A DNA stretch of 63,887 bases, counting the filler, from Dimargaris cristalligena (taxonomy: Eukaryota): NCBI GenBank assembly GCA_003614675.1. It is 11 parts of 11 records of this genome, joined end to end, with 100 filler letters (N's around TTAATTAATTAA, not from the genome) between each part and the next. Parts side by side here need not be neighbours in the genome. Positions count along the whole stretch, not along the records: positions 1 to 5,929 come from ML003570.1; positions 6,030 to 11,955 come from ML003571.1; 9 more parts are not named here. The stretch is one strand, 5' to 3'. The position numbers and the translations under genes were made by a program. Shown piece by piece: positions 1 through 10,641 of the stretch. Position 1 is the stretch's first letter; every line of letters begins with the position of its first letter. The notes below the pieces were generated by a model. The model did not search any database. It was given only the letters and a program-made list of their open reading frames with translations, and was not told the DNA's origin.

Positions 1-30
1 TACTGTAAGAGCCATGATGCTAAGAAATAG
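1..30 (+). CDS. 3' end (YCKSHDAKK*) of a second, convergent copy of the small secreted peptide gene; cut by the window start
   Basis: 1-55 is the exact reverse complement of 970-1024, covering the last 9 codons, the TAG and 25 nt of 3' flank. Confidence 0.6.
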   Translation, partial: YCKSHDAKK

Positions 31-994
31 GTAGCCAACCCTTCCACCCCCCACAAATTCAAACTAAGTAAATGAAAGTAAAACAAATAGGAATAGTGGT
101 AATAAAATAATTAATAATAAAACTGGGTAAAAGGTTAATTGTCAGTATTATCTGGTGAAGTTAAAACATATATTTATTTATTTATCTTGAAACTAACTTG
201 TCCCTTCAACTGAGGGGATACTACTAAGATATATATAAGAAATCGACCAAACTAAATAACTATAGCTAAGAGCAAAGCTGCAATAATTGTGGGTCATAAA
301 AAACCTAAAAATAGGGGGAAAATTGACCTACTGGCTATACTATGGTTATGAATAAGTTAAAGGGAAGTAAAATATAGAAATTGGAAGGTTGGAAGACACA
401 GTCTTTCCAGTCCTCCTTCATATTGGATATTGATAAAACCAAGAAAAGGAATTCATGCTAAGAAGTTGTATGGCGTGATTCCAAGAAGGAATCCACCGGA
501 GGCTAGTTATTTCCAAGCCCTACTCATAAAGGATCATCAATAGCATAAAAGTAGTGATATGAGGTGGTCAATTGTCATGGTTTTAAAGTCATTATTGATT
601 TCAATGACCTATAACTTTGTCAATAATAGATGGAAAGGCAAATGGAAATATGATTTGGAAAGCTGAAGGAAAAGAGAATCAGCTAAAATAAAGAAATAAA
701 ATAACACTCTTAGCTCTGGACTGTTCCCATGGAAATAACTTGTCAATCATCTGGGGACCTTGAATCCATCCAAAGTATGACTACTTCTTGGATTAATAAT
801 GTGTACTGGGGCTTACATGGCCTCTGCCCAACTGTCCATGGCAGCACAGTAGCATATATATATATACTAAAACTATACATAAAGAAATTGTGTATAACTA
901 GAGATGCAGGTAACTTTAACCTCCAAGATGTGGCAATAGGTATATTCACGCCAACTGAAGAGTAGGAAGTGTGGGGGGTGGAAGGGTTGGCTAC

Positions 995-1207
995 CTATTT
1001 CTTAGCATCATGGCTCTTACAGTAGGCCCCAATACCCTTTTTGGTAACATACCAACTAGCCCCCGCAGCAGCAGCCTTGGTTGAAAATGAACAGAAACCA
1101 TGCTTGGTGAGCTGCTGGGAAGTAGTGGATTCAGCAGGGTTAGCTTGAGCCATGCCAGCAGTAGTAATGATGGCCAGGATGAGAGCAGTGGCAGACAAAA
1201 CCTTCAT
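995..1207 (-). CDS. Small secreted prepro-peptide (70 aa) with a Lys-rich C-terminal segment
   Basis: MKVLSATALILAIITTAGMAQA is a classical signal peptide ending AQA. It is followed by a short pro-like region and a 34-aa segment with 6 Lys and 2 Cys. Confidence 0.7.
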   Translation of the reverse strand: MKVLSATALILAIITTAGMAQANPAESTTSQQLTKHGFCSFSTKAAAAGASWYVTKKGIGAYCKSHDAKK

Positions 1208-1228
1208 GGTATACAGTGGTATTAGGAT

Positions 1229-1452
1229 TGTTGAAGAATATGTTCCTACATGTTCTTTATCCTATCCTATTTTCATCCAATTACATTAGTTTATTCTACT
1301 ATCATGAGATCATTCATATTAGCCACTTACATTTCACCCCACAGAAAATTACAGTTCAATAAAACTAACCACCTAGAGGCACCTACTGTCCTCTAGCTGC
1401 TTTCTTCCCTTCCTTCCAGTTTTATTTCCTTTAAGTCCTTAGTATTTCAACA
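1229..1452 (+). mobile_element. Solo LTR, family A (Ty1/copia-like ends), copy 1
   Basis: TGTTGAA...TTCAACA termini, internal AATAAA, 5-bp TSD AGGAT (1224-1228 and 1453-1457). Three further copies in the window. Confidence 0.9.
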
Positions 1453-3629
1453 AGGATGTGGGTGGGTTGGGAAGTGATGGAAAAGGATAATATTCAGTTG
1501 CTAAAGACAAACTGTTTGGGAAAGCGAGTAGGAGGGGATGATTATGTAGATAAGTGGACTTATTTGACAAAAGTAGGGAGCAGCTAGTGTAGTATTTATA
1601 CACAGGGGAATAGAAGTAAATGACTTCTGATGGCCACTCATTTTATAAGGAAGGACTTTATTTCTGCAGATATAGTAGTCGGAATACCAACTTATTGAAC
1701 AGCACTGGCCAGCCCAGTATATCTGGCAGCAAGTTTTGGTCCAATCTATTGAAGAATGCATCAACCACTTATCACAAATGTGGTGCAGGTTGATTAAATG
1801 GACACCCTTGGCCTCGTATCTATTTTTGGGATATTATTATTCCCTCTAAGTAGCACAGCTTGTAATTTTAGTGGTGGACCTTAACCGTGGCTAGTTCATA
1901 AACCCTGTATTTATTTGTGAAGTACGCCACTCAAATCTGAGATCTTAGCCAGCATCAGCCTCGTTTCTAGCACCCCTGCCTAGTGTACTGCTTTGCCACT
2001 TCCCCTTTCATTTGGTGCCATAAGTTTGACATTAGCCAATACTAAACTCCGAGCCCACTAAAAGGAAAGGTTCTATAGACAGGCCTGTTTAGCTATTAAT
2101 GAGTATTTTGCCTAATATGCTGTTGTGCTTGTCCAAACCAACTGTCCCCCTTAGTATTCATCAAATTGGTGTGAATTCTTGATTTTTCAAAAATATATCA
2201 AGGACAAGGGGGCGTGCAAGGAAAGAGGAGCAATTCGGCTAAAATTCGATCCCAACAACTCGTGAAGGGCCTTCGCTGGTGGCATTGGAACCAAAATTTA
2301 AAGAGGAAGAGCCGGAGGGGTTCTAGGGTTGTCGGAAACTAGCCACAGCGCCTGTGTCTCTAACACAATATGGGTGGTGCTCACCATGGATTGGGGGCAC
2401 AGTACCCTTGCAAACCTACTTTTGGATGACTCGAACTCATTGCCGCCTCCTATGGCGTACTTTAATTTTTTTACCACCTGATATCTGGCTTTACAGTTGG
2501 ATTTTCCTGCCGATATTATAAACGTGAAACATTTTTCTGAGTGAAGTTAATAATAGTGAGGACTCAAAAAACTCAATAGTAATTGCTTGACCACTAGAAA
2601 TCCCTTGGTGGCCGGGTCAACTAGGTCCATATGGTCAGTATCACAATTGTAGACGGCTTAAATGACCCCCTGAGGCTATTAAATACCGTGTCTACTAATA
2701 ACAGGGTGACCAGCCAGCTAGTACTTATTGGCAATGGGGGAGGGGGAGATACTTAATGGCAATGGGCGTAAAAGGGGGTGAGTAAATGAAGTATCGTTAG
2801 GGATACCATTATTGATTATAAACTCCTACCAACGATCAATCCAACAAAACTAATGTTTTGCTTGCTTTTATCCTGCCAATGTCTATTCTGGCATTTTCCA
2901 TCCTATCGATACTATGATATACTCTTGCAATTATTTATTTATTGATATATTTCCAACGAGTCCATTCACCATAGCTTTAGTTGGCAACCCTTTTGTACCT
3001 CATTTCATAGAACGATTGGCGTTTCTATACTACTCAAATTTGCTCATAAAATATGCTGGAGTTCTATGAGGGAAATATAGTAGTAGTCTACCCATTGAAT
3101 TTTGTATTTGGCGAATATTATTTTCTACTGGTAATTCCCAAGTGCTTCAAAAACTGTTATTATTTGTTTCCTATGGTCATACCCATTGTCTACCATGAGC
3201 TCCGGCACCTCCAAATCCAGAGTGTCTGTGTCCTTGGCCATTCCCGTACCAGTTGGCTGGGGACCCTCCATTGTGGTTTCTAAACATCCTGAGAAGGAAG
3301 CCAAGATCATTTCGCAGATTCATAAGACTAGTATATTGAGAGTAGAGCCACCCAGAACTGCATATACAAGGGACATACATGACTTTAAACCCATATACCA
3401 CAGGCATTGTAGATAATGCTTAGTGGACTACAATATATTTTCAGACTGCCTATTCATCCTGTACAATTCCTCATTGATGGAGGAGCAGTTGCCACAGGTC
3501 TTAAGCTACTACAATAGTTACTGATATTTGGCCGAAATTTGGGGTTTTATTGGGGATAATGAGTAAGATTGGTATACCATGTGCAAGGTCTTTTACTCTC
3601 TTCAAATAGTCAGAGGGTAACCACAGCAA

Positions 3630-4758
3630 TCACAAATGAATAGTCTTTCCATTACATTTTCGCATATGTATCTTGAAAGAGTTGGCTGATGATAATGTCT
3701 TCCCGCAATTACCACATGTATAAGGGTTCTTCTCGGTGTGTAATCGTGTATATGTCTTGAGATAGCTAGCCGATAAAAATGCCTCTCCGCAATTATCACA
3801 TGTATAAGGATTATCCTCAAAATGTACTACCATGTGTTTCTTAAGATACGTAGGTAGTGAAAATGAGCCTCCGCAATGCACACAGGTATAGGGCTTCCCA
3901 TCGGTGTGAACATGCATGTGTCTCTTGAGATATCTAGTTGCCAAAAATGTCCTCCCACAAATTTCGCAGGCATATGGCTTCTCCCCAGTGTGTGATAGCA
4001 TATGCCTATTAAGATGACATTGCGTTGGAAATGGCTTTCCACAAACCTCGCAAGTGTGAGACTTCGCTTGTAAATGTGGTCCTAAATGAGATTCAAAACC
4101 TCTCTGGGCCGTGTGAGTTTGCAAAATGCCCATGGGTGTAAGGCATCTTATTGTTGTGCATTACCATGTCCTTGCCATTAAAAATGGAATCGGTAGGCCT
4201 GGGTAGTCCACGACAATGACTACTAGAATCCGATTCCAGTAATTGCCTTACCTGCCACCAGAGCGGACTGCCACCCAATGCCAACACACTTGCAACAGCA
4301 GGGTCCCAATCCATACCGGGTAGATTGTTGGCAAGCCTTGAGTCTAAAGGGACATTCTCCCCCTCGCTACCAGTGGCTACTATACCAAGTAGATCACCCT
4401 CTGAATAGGGATAAGAATCGGCTGGCGCAAGTTGATTGCCGACCTTATCTAAATCATGCCACTGTTCAGGACTTAGGTGCTCCAGGGTATCATTGCCACC
4501 CATGGTCTGTTCGAGTTGGTTAATAAATTGGCCTAGTCCATTGTTGTCTAATTGATTTATACAATGTAATATCTCCGATAAAGGCAGGTTATTGGCAGGG
4601 GGTCCTGGAATTGTGTTAGTGGCTACGCCATCAATGTTAAACTGGGGATCATGGGCATAGAGAATTGATTTTTTCTGTTCAGGTTCCGAATCATTTGCTT
4701 CAGAGGTACGGGCGAGGGAGAGCAAAGCCAGAAGTCCAGCGGTTTTGATTGCACTCAT
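3630..4758 (-). CDS. Signal-peptide protein joined to a C2H2 zinc-finger array (5 fingers, 4th degenerate); probable exons 4758-4165 and 4103-3630
   Basis: ORF 4093-4758 starts MSAIKTAGLLALLSLARTSEA. ORF 3630-4133 has CxxC...HxxxH fingers with HTGEKPY-type linkers. A 61-nt GTAATG...CTCAC...CCCAG intron (4164-4104) would join them in frame (355 aa); a frameshift is the alternative. Confidence 0.65.
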
Positions 4759-5165
4759 TCTAGGATAGCTGTATAAAAGTAGGCAGGTATAGCAAAGGAC
4801 AAGGGAGTGTCAGCTAAGACAAAAATGAGAATAGACCAGCACACAGCTTTAATTAGCAATGGAGTTACAAATTTGCTGGTTTGACTTTTTTTTTTGCTTT
4901 TATATTAAATAGTAAGGTGGATAATGAAACCTTGAAAATACTCAACAAAAAGTTCATAGGAGGAGATGGTAGCTGATTGTAGGGAGACTAACATTTATAA
5001 ATATGGTTTGTATGTGGATACAGATGAAACTCACCATATTGACATATAAAGGCTACTTCTAGGTGCCACATTGGTATACTGTGTACCATAAAGTACACCC
5101 CTGACTTAGTAATAGGGTGTATATACCAGCTACATTGTAGAACAAAGCTTAAGCAGTTGCATTTC

Positions 5166-5716
5166 TGTTGGAATATTAAGGACATAAAGAAAATAAAACT
5201 GGAAGTAAGGGAAAAAAGCAGCTAGAGGACAGTAGGTATCTCTAGGTGGTAAGTTTTATTGAACTGTAATTTTAATGGGGTGAAACATAAGTGGCTAACA
5301 TAAATAATCTCATGATAGTGCAACCAAGGGGAAATTCCAACCTGAATAATCAGGAGGATGGCCAACCCAATCATACCCTTCTTCAGGAGGATAACCCACT
5401 GATGTACATGGGGGTCCAATCTACCCCCCTAATGGAGGAGGACAACCCTCTCCCATTGACATAAGAACTACACCCTGCCCCAGAGGGATAAAACCAGCCA
5501 CCCACCCAGCAGACTAGGATTTTGTGTCTTTAAATAAAATACTATTATTCACTAATATACCTGCAGTTATTTTGCATTAACCCTGCTCCACTTGGCTCCA
5601 TTTTCCTCACCCTTCATCCTGCCCTACTTGGCACTAGGTTACAATAGCAGAATAAACTAACATAATTAGGTGAAATAGGATAGGATAAAGAACATGTAGG
5701 AACATATTCTTCAGCA
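5166..5716 (-). mobile_element. Solo LTR, family A, copy 2, interrupted by a family B solo LTR
   Basis: Reverse-complement match to 1229-1452 in two pieces (5166-5318, 5644-5716); TSD ATTTC at 5161-5165 and 5717-5721. Confidence 0.9.
5319..5643 (+). mobile_element. Solo LTR, family B (diverged relative of the Gypsy LTR at 53664)
   Basis: TGCAACC...GGTTACA ends. Shares the ...CCAGAGG(G/A)ATAAAACC and TGTGTCTTT(A/C)AATAAAATACT blocks with the full-length LTR. 4-bp TSD ATAG (5315-5318 and 5644-5647). Confidence 0.9.
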
Positions 5717-5826
5717 ATTTCCACCACCAGTTGAATACAGGCAAACCCCTTTATCAATTAGCACTTCTTCACTAATGGCTAAAACTGACCATGGTCAGAC
5801 AGAATTTAGCATCAATATTGGGGAGG

Positions 5827-5929
5827 TGTAAAGAACTGAACTTAAATCCTTGAAAACTGAACTTTATTTGAAAAGATAGAGGATAAAAGGGAAAGGTAAT
5901 GATAGACTTGCTGTTCCAAGAGGTGGCAG
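5827..5929. repeat. Dispersed repeat family D (TG-starting, LTR-like), truncated by contig end
   Basis: TGTAAAGAACTGAAC...CAAGAGGTGGCAG is nearly identical to 29669-29771. Both contigs terminate inside this repeat. Confidence 0.8.
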
Positions 5930-6029
5930 NNNNNNNNNNNNNNNNNNNNNNNNNNNNNNNNNNNNNNNNNNNNTTAATTAATTAANNNNNNNNNNNNNNN
6001 NNNNNNNNNNNNNNNNNNNNNNNNNNNNN
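5930..6029. other. Artificial contig linker (44 N + TTAATTAATTAA + 44 N); also at 11956-12055, 17908-18007, 23849-23948, 29784-29883, 35719-35818, 41646-41745, 47561-47660, 53477-53576, 59373-59472
   Basis: Identical 100-nt structure occurs ten times; the core has stop codons in all six frames. Confidence 0.99.
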
Positions 6030-7408
6030 CAAGAATCACAGCTCTTAATAAAACATCTCTTTTTTCATTCTTATGAACTGTACCAGTAGTTTTTCCTACA
6101 GTTGTCTTAGTTATTTTAAAGGTTTGACCTTACTGTCTCTTTAAGTTCAATTATAAGGCATTCACACCTATTATTTCTATTATAGTCATTCTGCCACACC
6201 ACAACAAAATTGTTGTGACGGGTGCTAAATACCCTTAAGCTTTGGTAATGTCACTAATGATGTACCTTATGACCATTAATCAAATTACCTTTTTACTATA
6301 TTTAGTTTAGTTTATCAATTTCAATACTATATCATATTCATATTCATATATCTCTTTATATATCTTTTATGCCATCTATTTCTCTTTTATCTTAAGTATA
6401 CAATAGCAGAACCAGCATAGATATAATAATCCATTATGTCTACCACACAATATTTCTAGGGTATAAATACCCCTTCAAATCGCAACTTGAATAAAACATC
6501 TTGATTTTGTACTTGTTTACTTAGTATAGAATTGTATCGACTTATAGTCTACAGTTCTCCGCCTATTTCCAACTATTGATTATTATTTACTAGTGTCTAG
6601 GTATTTTTTGCTACTCTACAGCTATTGGGACTTTTTATTTATTTTACTTTGTCAAGTTTTTCCCATTACTGCACAACAGTGGCCAGACTAACATGACCTT
6701 AGTAACCCTATTAATCCATACATTTAGCTTTCTTTGGTCTCAGACCTTCCCTCCAAAAGAGGATGGACTCCAAGAGCTTTTCAATTTCTCTAGGAATTAA
6801 ATCATTATTTTCAGTATACTTCTTCAATTCTTTATATTCTATCAGAGTGGTAGACTTTCTGACCACATACCTTGGTGACACAATGACCTTTCATTGAGAA
6901 GCTATATAGTTATAGCAGTAATAATCAGTAGTAATTGATATATATAATATGGCTACTCCCCACAGGGTGAACAGGGATTCCTCTCCTAACTCTGATTTTT
7001 CTATTCTTTTTGAGTAATTATTATAACCAGGGTCATACTGGAAACTACCTGTTACTATATTATTTATAAACCAATACTTATCTATATTTTCTACCTGTAA
7101 TTCAATTTATTTCCTTTTTTGGATGCCTTTGGCACAACATTCTTTTGTTATGATATTGGACAATGTAAATAGTAATAAAATAAAATTTTAAACAAAAATA
7201 ATACCCTCAGGTACTCAGAAATAACTAAAGCATAATCAAACTTCTGCAGAAGTGCTACTAGGTGAATTCTTCAGCCTTGACTAAAAAGTTATTTTTATTA
7301 ATAAGATATTCCACTAAGTATTTATACTAAGACTTGGGGATTATAAATTGATTAATACTAAGGACTAGAGAACTGAATTCAGACTGATGGTAAAAGATAA
7401 TGAAAGGG

Positions 7409-7720
7409 TTAGACCTATTTGTATAACCAAAACAAAAGTAAAGACAAGGGTCTTCGAATTATATCATTGGTTATATATAGTAAACCATTCATTAGTATTA
7501 CCAAAACAATGGTGAAGAAAGGGAACCTCAAATTAATAATTGGATAAATAAAATGATTATACCCATTGGTATAACAAAAACAACAGCATTTAAAAAGGTA
7601 CTTGAACTAATAATTGGCTAAGGCTAAAGTTATACCCATTGGTATAATAAAAACAAAAGAATAAAAGGTATAGATGAACTTATAATAGGTTAAAGGAATG
7701 GCTGATACTCAGAATAATAA
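7409..7720. repeat. Degenerate tandem array, 73-74 bp unit, ~4.5 copies, with palindromic core TTATACC-CATT-GGTATAA
   Basis: Core is exact at 7557-7574 and 7630-7647 and degenerate at 7409, 7483 and 7703. A second motif (GAA(C/T)T..TA.TTGG.TA-like) recurs at the same period. Confidence 0.65.
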
Positions 7721-9290
7721 TCCAATCAAAAATAAATATATAATCATTGTATAACAATAATAACTTCTAAAAGGGAAAACTTAGGCTAGCAGCATCAATT
7801 CTTTGACTAATCACCTAAATATGGATGGTAGTTTCAATAAAAGAGGTAAAATAAATAGGATAATGCCAATTACTAACTATGGCCATTTGGCTATATCATA
7901 ACATTTTTTATAGTCCTAAAGTAAAATATATCCACTAACTAATTTGCCCTCAGTGTAATAAACTGGTATTGGAATTGGATGGGGTGGGGGAGGTATTCTA
8001 CCTAGAATGAAACACATATATATATACCAGAATTTGTACCAGGAAATATAAAAATAGGTATTGCATGGCCCATATTAGTATTGTTATCTTTCCAATCCTA
8101 TTGTGTTTGTTTAAATAATTGCCTGTTGATAATTTCACTATAAGGTTTAAAGTGTATCAATATATATGGTAGTACTTGCAAAAATGTACAGCTTCAATGC
8201 AGGAGCCCTACACTCTTTTTGAATTGACAATATGGTTGAAATTTGAACCAACTGTATAAGGTTTTACATAATATGTGTATGGGTGAGTGAACATGTGAGA
8301 ATAGCTTTTAACCACTAGTACTATACTGGCCTTATCCAATGGATTTTTCATTAGACAGCCTGAATGAACTTCTCCCATATCAATTATAGAAGTGACTGAT
8401 CATCCCCCCATTCCCATATTCTATCATTACTGGTGACTCTTTAGAACAATTTAGTTGGCTTAGAATATTGAGCAGAGCAACAATATACAGGGATTAGTCT
8501 AAGTGTACTGGTCATAGTATTGAGAGATGGACACACTGCCCATTTAGACATGGTGAAATATTGCATGGTATGCTCACCTATGGGGTTGCAGCCAGACTCT
8601 GCTGAATCCTCCAACCCCATATGTTTGAGCTTGTATCAAATCTTTGGTATACCTACTATATCTTAGGGGTAAGCTCACTAGACTAAGCATTTTACTTCCT
8701 AATGCAAAGGATAGCGTGGCTGAGCAAGTTGTTGGAGATCTCACTAATGTGATTTTCCTCCAAAGATTGTGGAAGTTAGAACTGCAAACTACACCGATAG
8801 GAGAATACTAGCAGATTCCACTGCTTGATTATGGCAAATGGGAAATGTATGCCACTTTATATTGGGTAAAAAGCTACGTGCTATCCTTGCGGACGCCAAA
8901 CGACGGTGGCGTGTCTTCCTGAATACCATTACCGTTCATGGTGTTTTTCGAATTAATCCCATTGCTGCCCTATTTTACTAGTTTCCCCTTAGGCATATCG
9001 GCGTAACTACGGATGGGCTATATCACTGTAAGCCAGCCTCCCACATAGTGAATGTGGCTTGGCCCTTATTCCGGTGTAGTTATTACTGGGGAAGACTCTC
9101 TCTCCTATATACCTTCATATATGTGCATTCCTTTTTCTTTTTTCAGTCACTGAAGGGCCTTCTGTTTTGGACATTCCACCTATTCTACCAGTTTACTTTC
9201 CCTAATAATTTCCTACCGATTATTTGATTCGCCCCATTGCTCCTTCATCTACATCGTATCATATCCCTACATTCATACATTGATACCACC

Positions 9291-10196
9291 ATGACGGATC
9301 GCCTACCCCCTAATCTAAAGATGCTCTTCGCAGCGCGTCCGGCCCTGAAACATCTCCGCCCCCTCGATCGGGATCCCGAACAACGCCGGGGTCCCGCACT
9401 CACGGGCATCGGGGCCTACGTTGACCAGTTCAGTTCCGAGCCGTCCCCACCCGTACCGGAATCGCAAACCGATAAACGCAAGCGGCTGGCGGGGGCGCAA
9501 CGCGAGGCGCACACGGCGCGACTGGAAGCGCAGCGGGCGGCGTGGGCCCCGGAGAAGGATCCCAATATTAGCGGCGACGCCTACCATACCCTCATCGTGG
9601 GCCGCCTTAATTATGAGCTGACCGAAAAGGACATTCGGCGGGAATTCGAAACCTACGGTCGCGTGATCCGCGTGCGGTTGGTCAAGGATACCCAGACGGG
9701 TCAATCCCGCGGCTACGCCTTTGTGGAATTCGAACGCGAGGGGGATATGCGCGCCGCGTACCGTGACGCTGATGGTATGAGTATCCTCGGTCGGCGGATC
9801 GTCGTGGACGTTGAACGGGGGCGTACCGTCAAGGGCTGGCGACCGAGGCGTCTCGGTGGAGGGTTGGGCAAAACGCGAGCCGGGGGGCCCGACGAAAATC
9901 AACGGCACAGTGGCCGGGAAACTACCGAACCGGCGGCGTCGAGCGGTGGGTACAGTGGCAATGGGGGCAGCCAGTACCGGGACTCGGGTGACCGGTACGG
10001 CGGCAGTGGGAGTCGAGGTGGAGGCGGGAGTAGTAGTAGTAGTAGCTGGGGTGGTGACCGAGGACGGCGTCGGGAGCGCGAATACGATAGTGATCGCCGT
10101 GATTACGGGTATAGTCGGGATCGCGATAGCTACCAATATGACTCGGATCGTAAACGGAGACGGTCCCGCTCACCACGAAGCAGTTATCGTTATTGA
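9291..10196 (+). CDS. SNP1: U1 snRNP 70 kDa protein
   Basis: N-terminal MTDRLPPNLKMLFAARP, RRM with RNP1 RGYAFVEF, VDVERGRTVKGWRPRRLGGGLG signature, R/D/S-rich tail. Confidence 0.96.
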   Translation: MTDRLPPNLKMLFAARPALKHLRPLDRDPEQRRGPALTGIGAYVDQFSSEPSPPVPESQTDKRKRLAGAQREAHTARLEAQRAAWAPEKDPNISGDAYHTLIVGRLNYELTEKDIRREFETYGRVIRVRLVKDTQTGQSRGYAFVEFEREGDMRAAYRDADGMSILGRRIVVDVERGRTVKGWRPRRLGGGLGKTRAGGPDENQRHSGRETTEPAASSGGYSGNGGSQYRDSGDRYGGSGSRGGGGSSSSSSWGGDRGRRREREYDSDRRDYGYSRDRDSYQYDSDRKRRRSRSPRSSYRY

Positions 10197-10641
10197 TGGA
10201 ACTTTAGTGGCTGGCTTACTGCGCCTCGCCCGGGTAGTATAGGGACAGTAGGTCCGTGTCGCTTTGCTGTAAGGTTAATTCTAACTGTACCATCTCAACA
10301 TACACACCCTCCCTTTTGTAAGGTTCTTCTTTTTGTTGAAGATGTTTGTGACTAGAATATGGTGTCCTTAAGTTTTTTTATATATACATTACTTCTCCGT
10401 CTAGCGGTTGCCAATTGTTATATTGATGCAGGAACTTCTAATCATTTATTTTTTTAGTATGTATCTGTCGTCCAACCATAAATTCATTAAAACCAAACAA
10501 AAGGTTGAACGGCCATATCCAAACGCGTATTGTACAAGGAGGAGGTCGCGGAAATCACAGTAAAGGTTAGTCACAGCCCAGGATTAACGGTAACTTGGAC
10601 TGCGAAACAACACTATATTGGATACCGGCGAATGGTTGTTA

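Noticed and set aside
56-965. AT-rich stretch that looks like decayed coding DNA, including ORFs 729-965 and 743-949
   Set aside because: Multiple stops and no motif I can assign; possibly a transposon relic but unsupported.
5930-6029. TTAATTAATTAA palindrome recurring every ~5.9 kb
   Set aside because: Artificial linker between N runs. Adjacency across linkers has no biological meaning, so no cross-contig gene clusters were inferred.
7409-7720. CRISPR array interpretation
   Set aside because: Eukaryotic context, no cas genes, degenerate repeats and mutually similar spacers.
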